This document shows, one piece after another, positions 58,603 through 64,000 of a stretch of 64,000 bases of DNA. Location: positions 2,108,001 to 2,172,000 of the forward strand of contig CM074807.1 in NCBI GenBank assembly GCA_037447605.1, written 5' to 3'. Positions within the stretch are counted from its first letter, which is position 1. Every line of letters begins with the position of its first letter. The notes under the pieces were generated by a model. The model ran no database searches. It saw only the letters and a program-made list of their open reading frames with translations, and was not told the origin of the DNA. Origin of the DNA: Zygnema circumcarinatum SAG 698-1b. Lineage: Eukaryota > Plantae > Zygnematophyceae. A program made the translations under genes and the position numbers.

Positions 58603-61600
58603 ATGAAGATGGGGGGCTGGCTTTGCCCTCTCTGTGGATGCCACGAGCGTCCCTCAGTGTGCGCTTTATGTATCAACGCAATGTGAGTTAGTATTGCCTC
58701 TCTCAGTACTATCACATGCAGGCCTATGGATGAACAGATGAATTGCTCTGCAGTGCCATTTTGGCAATGATTTTGACTGCAAAATGGCAAATTACAGAAT
58801 GGAGGAACGTCGGCGAGAGCTGAAGCTTTTGATGCAAACGCGAGGCCATCTCAGGCAGCGGCTAGATGCTGAGCTTGAAAAAAGGGTAAGTTTAAACATG
58901 TTAGCTGCTCATTACTCGGATTGTAATCACTCTCGTCATGTTACAGGCACATTAAGCGAAGCTTTGCGCTTTCCACACAGTCACTCGTTTTTTAAGCCAG
59001 CACTTGTAACCTTCGACCTACAATGAGGCCTGGGAACGTCAATGCCTTTGGAACGCATGAATGAATGGGCAATGAAAACGGAATCGATTGATGTTAGGGA
59101 TGGCTGTCTGCGCAGAGGGAGTTAGAGCGACAACGTCTATGGAGGAGGGAGCAAGAAGAGCGTTGTGAAAAACTCCGACAGTCGGTGCGGTTGGCTGAAG
59201 CCAGTCTTCATAGTGGTAAAGTGCACAATACTAACCCATTTTCCGGGGCCACAAGTCTAGGCCGGATTTGCTTGGTTTGCTCACGCATCATCAAATATTT
59301 TGTGGTCACATGCCAATTGAAATTGCCAGTTGAAAGATATGTAGCTCACTTTTTTGGATGTAGTGAAATCTTACTTGATCATGTTCATGTCACGTGCACA
59401 AACGTGAACATCGGGCGATTCCGCAGACTTCATAATCAAAAAATCACTTATTTCATTCAACTTCATACCCTTTAAGCAGAGTCGTGCCGAGTGCTGATCT
59501 AAAAGTCTCGTGCATATGATGGCACAGAACTGTAAAAAGTCCAGAACGTGTTTGGGTATGGCAGTGAAGTTAAGCAGACGCATAAATCTTAAATCTTCAA
59601 TATGTCGAAGCAAAGGGAAAGACAGTCTACTGTCTCAAACTCGATTGGAAGTCAAATAATGGATGAATCCAGAAAAGCTACTAATTGTGAGCCGCTCGTG
59701 GGAAGTTGCGCATTGTGGAAGTGGGATAGGGCTAAGGCTACGACGGCCATATACGAGATCTGTTTGTGCACGAAGTGGGCATTCATTGTTGTCTGCAACT
59801 TTGCTAGTGTTTTTTCATTCCAAAACGTTTTTATGTTCTCTACCTTCTGACTTACAGTAAAGCATGTTTGGCTTAACGTCAAATTGTTGAATTAAAGGAG
59901 GCTGCCGAGGTAGAGGATACTAAGCTAGAGAGGATAGAGTATGTAATTCGCCTTCTGACGAGTTTTCTGTTCCTTTGGTGCAGGAAAGGCAAAGCTGAAG
60001 GAGCAGCGGGAAATGGTCAGCAGTGCGGAGAGGGAGCTGGCCAAAGCGCAGCTGCAGGTGAATATGTTCTCCGGAGGGTCTCATCTCGCCCTTGTTTTGG
60101 CTTATCATCACAAGGGAGTCCGATGAGATGGTCGCATGCACTTGATGTTCCAGTACCAACAAACGTCAATCTGCCAATCTCACAATTTGGGCCGGGATGC
60201 TTGAGGTGCTTGAGGTAAAATGCATTGAAACTGGGACAAGGAATGATTTGAACGCACCAAGGAAGTTTCAGCATCCTTTCTAAGGGGCTAACGAATCAGA
60301 TTGTCTTGTCTGTGGTTCACCAGCCATGCTTACATTGACATAATTGGAGCATGACAGCTTGCAGGGAAGAAAACGGAATTGGAATCGCTCTATTTGGTGC
60401 TTAAAGCGCAAACGCTGAGCCTGGTGAGCTCAAGGAATACGTGGTTTCACGCTTTAGAACTGCTCAATAGGCCGCATCTGTACCTCAAACATGTTTGGGA
60501 ACGGTTTGGTATAGTGGGGGCAAGTCTAGAAGGTTCTTTTCTAATGATGTTTCAATAAACTTCCATCTGGTTCACATAGGGCTGAAAGCACGTATGATTT
60601 CTCGTACAGTTTTGCTGTTGAAATTACTTTTCTTTTGCGTATTGTGTCAGAATGCTTGTTGTATATTGGACAACACCACATTGATGAGGATCTCGCAATG
60701 TCGATTGTGAGCTTTTCGTCCATATAAGCTGATGTCAGCCAAAAAATTATAGATAGTCTCTTCAACTTGATGTCTTATCAAGGTCTCTCTTCATGCAGTA
60801 GTCCCCACCATGAACAGGTCTTAAACCACCTTAATTTGGCCTTCAAAACTAACATATGGCGGCTTGCAGGCGGCTGTCACTTCGGAGTTGGCACATGTGC
60901 AGCGCTCTACATTGAGGCAACTCTGCAGCATCTTCCCTCTCCGTTTGGTGGGTGTGAACTCTCTCCCTCCTTACAATCAACAATTGCAATGTCTTCACCG
61001 TGACTGGAGACCTGACCTGCCCTCCTGCTGTGTTGCAGGCGGTGGTGGATGTACCCGAGACGTGGGATGGAATCCAAAAGCTATCGCAGGCTGTTCGCAT
61101 CTGCGGTGTGCGCCTACCGGAGGGCGATGAGCCCCTCTCAATGCCTCCGGCAGAGCTTGCCGCTGCGCTCGGGTACGAGCCTGCATGCCTCCCTGCATGC
61201 ATGTATGGTGGGGAGGGCCCTTTTGTGGATGGGACAGTGGCCGGCACTTGCAAATGTATGCGTTGAGGTCAAGTAAGGGTACATGCGGCTCAACAGTATA
61301 GACGCAGTTATGGAGGAGTTTTGGAGGTTTGGCGGTGAGTCTCAGAATTGAAAGGGAGTGTTGGTCTCGCAGATACCTGCTCCAGTTTTTGGCTCTCGCT
61401 GCCAAGTATCTGTCAGCACCTCTCCTCCACAATGCTGGCTTCGCGGTGAGCAGCATGCTTGGGGCTCGGAGAAAGGTTAAGGGGAGGGGATAGAGCTTCA
61501 TTTTTTTACTCTGGTTGCATAGCTCTGCCTCGAGTATTAATGTGACTCCTCTTCATTGCTGGCAGGCCTCCTCATCTCGAATTTGGCAGCGTGTATCCTT

Positions 61601-62847
61601 TTGGACACCTCGGGCTGCGTCGTTTAGGTACAGAGCGCTCTTAAATATGAAACAATTCTTTTTCTGTAGTGGCAACGTCAGCCTCGCAAAGACTTGGATT
61701 AGAAGGAGGGTGGTAGCTTTTTCTTGTCCTCCCGAATTTTGTTTCCAGCATTGATGAAGCTTAACTAGTTTCTCTTTGTTTTACTTCGCAGCCATCAGTA
61801 CCCACTCTTCTTGGCGCGGGCAGGTTCGGCAAATGCTGAAAGAGAGGCTTCGATAGAGCTAGCTAATGGCCCCCTCTCTCCTTCGCAGCAGGCTGTGCCA
61901 TTGGGAGCATCAGGACATGGAAATAATCAAAGAGGATCATTAGCAGGTGGTGGTGGCTCCGCCGCTCTCGCTGCCAATGGCAACGGAGGAACGGACTCGC
62001 GACCCCTGCGAAAGGGCATTACTCTCTTGAAACGGAGTATTATGTGTCTATGTGTATATGAAGAAGCACTGCTTGGATTGAAGCTTCCTCGAGATCTTTC
62101 CCCCTTTTCATCCTTGGCCAAGTTGATGTCATGGCTGACACGAGATTCAAGAGCATCTGGTGTCCTCTCAAGGTGGGTACATAGCCATTATAGTTTTTGA
62201 ATAAACAACCTGTGTTCTGTGAGGGAAAGTATGGTTTGGGGCATTGGAGATCTGACACCCGAAATGTGTCTGTAATGTGAAACCTTGAGCAGGAGCAGAC
62301 AGTTCGAGCTTAGTGCAAGCTCAGCCCATGAAAGTCTTCAAAGTGGACCGATCCTTTTTTCGGATGAGGGAGCGTTGTCTGTTGGACCACCTGAAGAACT
62401 CTCGTCTATGCAATTCCAAAGCATTGTAAGTAGCGCATAAGGATCTGGCCCCCAGGCACAGTTCGCATATTGTAGGGCTGAAAGCATGCAACCTGCCCTC
62501 ACCCAGGTTTCCCTTCTTCACCACATCCTTAAGAGTTTTCACTTGAAGTTATCAGAGCATGCGCTGAGTAGCAATTGGAGAATGACGCATTGCAGCACTG
62601 CCAACCAACAGCTGTATATAGTGTCAACCCTCTATTGAAACAGGTGCATTCAGACGGTTTGGCCCTGCCAAGCGATAGTGCTTTCATTGAGCAAAGCCTG
62701 CTTAGGGCAAACCCTGCCCTCATCTCCCCTGAGAATGGGCTGGAAGAGTGGGACCTGGTGGAGCGCCCCCCCCTCCCCCCCCCGCCCTCCCGAGCTGAAG
62801 ATGTGGAGCACTGGACACGAGCCATGTTCATCGATGCCACCAAGTAG
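58603..62847 (+). CDS. ATG14: Autophagy PI3K complex I subunit ATG14-like; multi-exon
   Basis: N-terminal CPLC..ERPSVCALC, coiled coil, LRQLCSIFPLR, ICGVRLP...AELAAALGY, APLLHNAGFA, SRIWQR, LRKGITLLKRS, and WDLVERPPLPPPPSRAEDVEHWTRAMFIDA. Confidence 0.9.
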
Positions 62848-63384
62848 CATGAAGGGGCTGCTGGAGGCCGCCTCAATAGGTACTTGTCAGAAACTTCTTG
62901 TTATGGCGAGATTTTTCTGGCTGTCCGTGTACATACGAGCATCGACGATAGGAGGATTTGAGGATTAGAAGCGTGCTTGTGGGGAGCCAATCAGGTTGCA
63001 GGAATGCACGTGGACATTCAAGCAACGGGCCAATTGTACGCTTTTATGATGTGCTCAGGAGGGAGGGTCAAACGGTACCACATTCACAGGTCACCTTTAT
63101 TTTTTTTTTATTTTAGGGTTTTTTGTTGTATGTGTATACCAGCCTTCAAGAATCAAGATAATGGTCTTTGTCAGTGTGCACTGCCCATGTTGACGACTCC
63201 ATTTGGCCCAAAAAAACGAGTCCAAACGGTCGCTTGTTCGCTTCGGTCACGGCTAAGCTTTGCTCAAAAGTCAGCTCAAATTGAACTGATAAGAAAAAAT
63301 GGCGGCTTGGCCCATTTATTTTTCACAATCATAAAAAGCGGCGGCATGGAAGCACCTATGGACCGTACGCTACTGCCTACAGTG

Positions 63385-63703
63385 CTATGGAAACACTGAC
63401 GCGCTATATGGAAGTCCGTAAACTCTTACAGAAGAAACTCCTTTCGCCTGACGAATGACGCATCGCAGGGTGACTCGTAACAGTGAAGACGAGATCCCGC
63501 CCCCAATATCTACAATGGTCTGCTTATCTGCTGTGGCTGCCTCCTGCAAACGACAGGTCAGTAGCCGTCCTTAATCCTCTGGCTGCTCATTGGTTGCAAA
63601 CTCTCAAAAATGGCTTTTGAGGTTCAGATCTGCGTTCACGGAGGCGCCTGAAATGGTGATATTATGCCCAGCTTCTGTTCCTGCTGCTTCAGCTTCTCCA
63701 GCC
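63385..63703 (-). CDS. Probable 3' exons of an unidentified gene running off the window
   Basis: Acceptor TTGCAG at 63544 opens a 53-codon exon (EAATADKQTIVDIGGG...VRVYGLPYSASVFP*). A second acceptor lies at 63704. The product is not recognised. Confidence 0.35.
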
Positions 63704-64000
63704 CTGCAAGACAGATAGCACATGGCCCCGTGTCGTTAGATTTCATCACAAACATCGCAAGAGAGTCTTTTGCAGAGTGAGGCAGAATTCAACAAAACTC
63801 TTTCGGTCATTCTTGAACTCATTCGCAAACTACCTGGAAAGTCGGCCATAACAACCAGCACCACTTCTTGATTCAGTAGCAGGCTACCGAGCTCAGACAC
63901 TTACTGAGGCATCCTTACCTCACCATTGTCTATGCGTATGATTTGGTAGACATGGCTTGAAACTTAGCTTCTCTGTATTGGAACAACTCAAGCGGTCGAA

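Noticed and set aside
9651-62847. A defence gene cluster (RDR, 2H phosphodiesterase, NHL, ATG14)
   Set aside because: The genes are interspersed with unrelated housekeeping genes, and eukaryotic adjacency alone does not support a functional cluster.
54-64000. The many short GC-rich ORFs in the track that are antisense or off-frame to real exons
   Set aside because: They are shadow ORFs of GC-rich coding and promoter DNA with no motif support. No rRNA, tRNA or CRISPR array was recognised.

Overview
Intron-rich eukaryotic nuclear DNA with a plant-type gene set and GC-rich coding regions. A streptophyte alga such as Klebsormidium is my inference, not something shown. Positions 1-~5900 are a gap-ridden Ty3/gypsy LTR retrotransposon (gag, protease, RT, RNase H, then a frameshifted integrase). 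About 16 spliced host genes follow: a LEA-like gene, an RDR1/2-type RNA-dependent RNA polymerase, uricase, a 2H cyclic phosphodiesterase, an MPPE1-like phosphoesterase, a second LEA-like gene with a hydrophobic tail, a rhodanese, the plastid glutamyl endopeptidase CGEP, a GHR/Xi-class GST, an NHL/LEA_2 gene, EMC6, the TL15 pentapeptide protein, NRPB11, a conserved unknown protein, ATG14 and a partial gene at the right edge. Twelve of these sit in head-to-head pairs. The non-coding features most worth following up are: a small PIF/Harbinger-type MITE family with ATT/AAT target duplications, one copy nested in a dead transposase just upstream of RDR; a palindrome-rich MITE with a 6-bp TSD; dense G-box/ABRE clusters upstream of both LEA genes; a 10x GTAC cluster upstream of EMC6; a dispersed intronic ~80-bp repeat; and a 2-kb polypurine tract in EMC6 intron 1. 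All gene names come from motif recognition by eye, and exon boundaries were deduced manually. No database searches were run.
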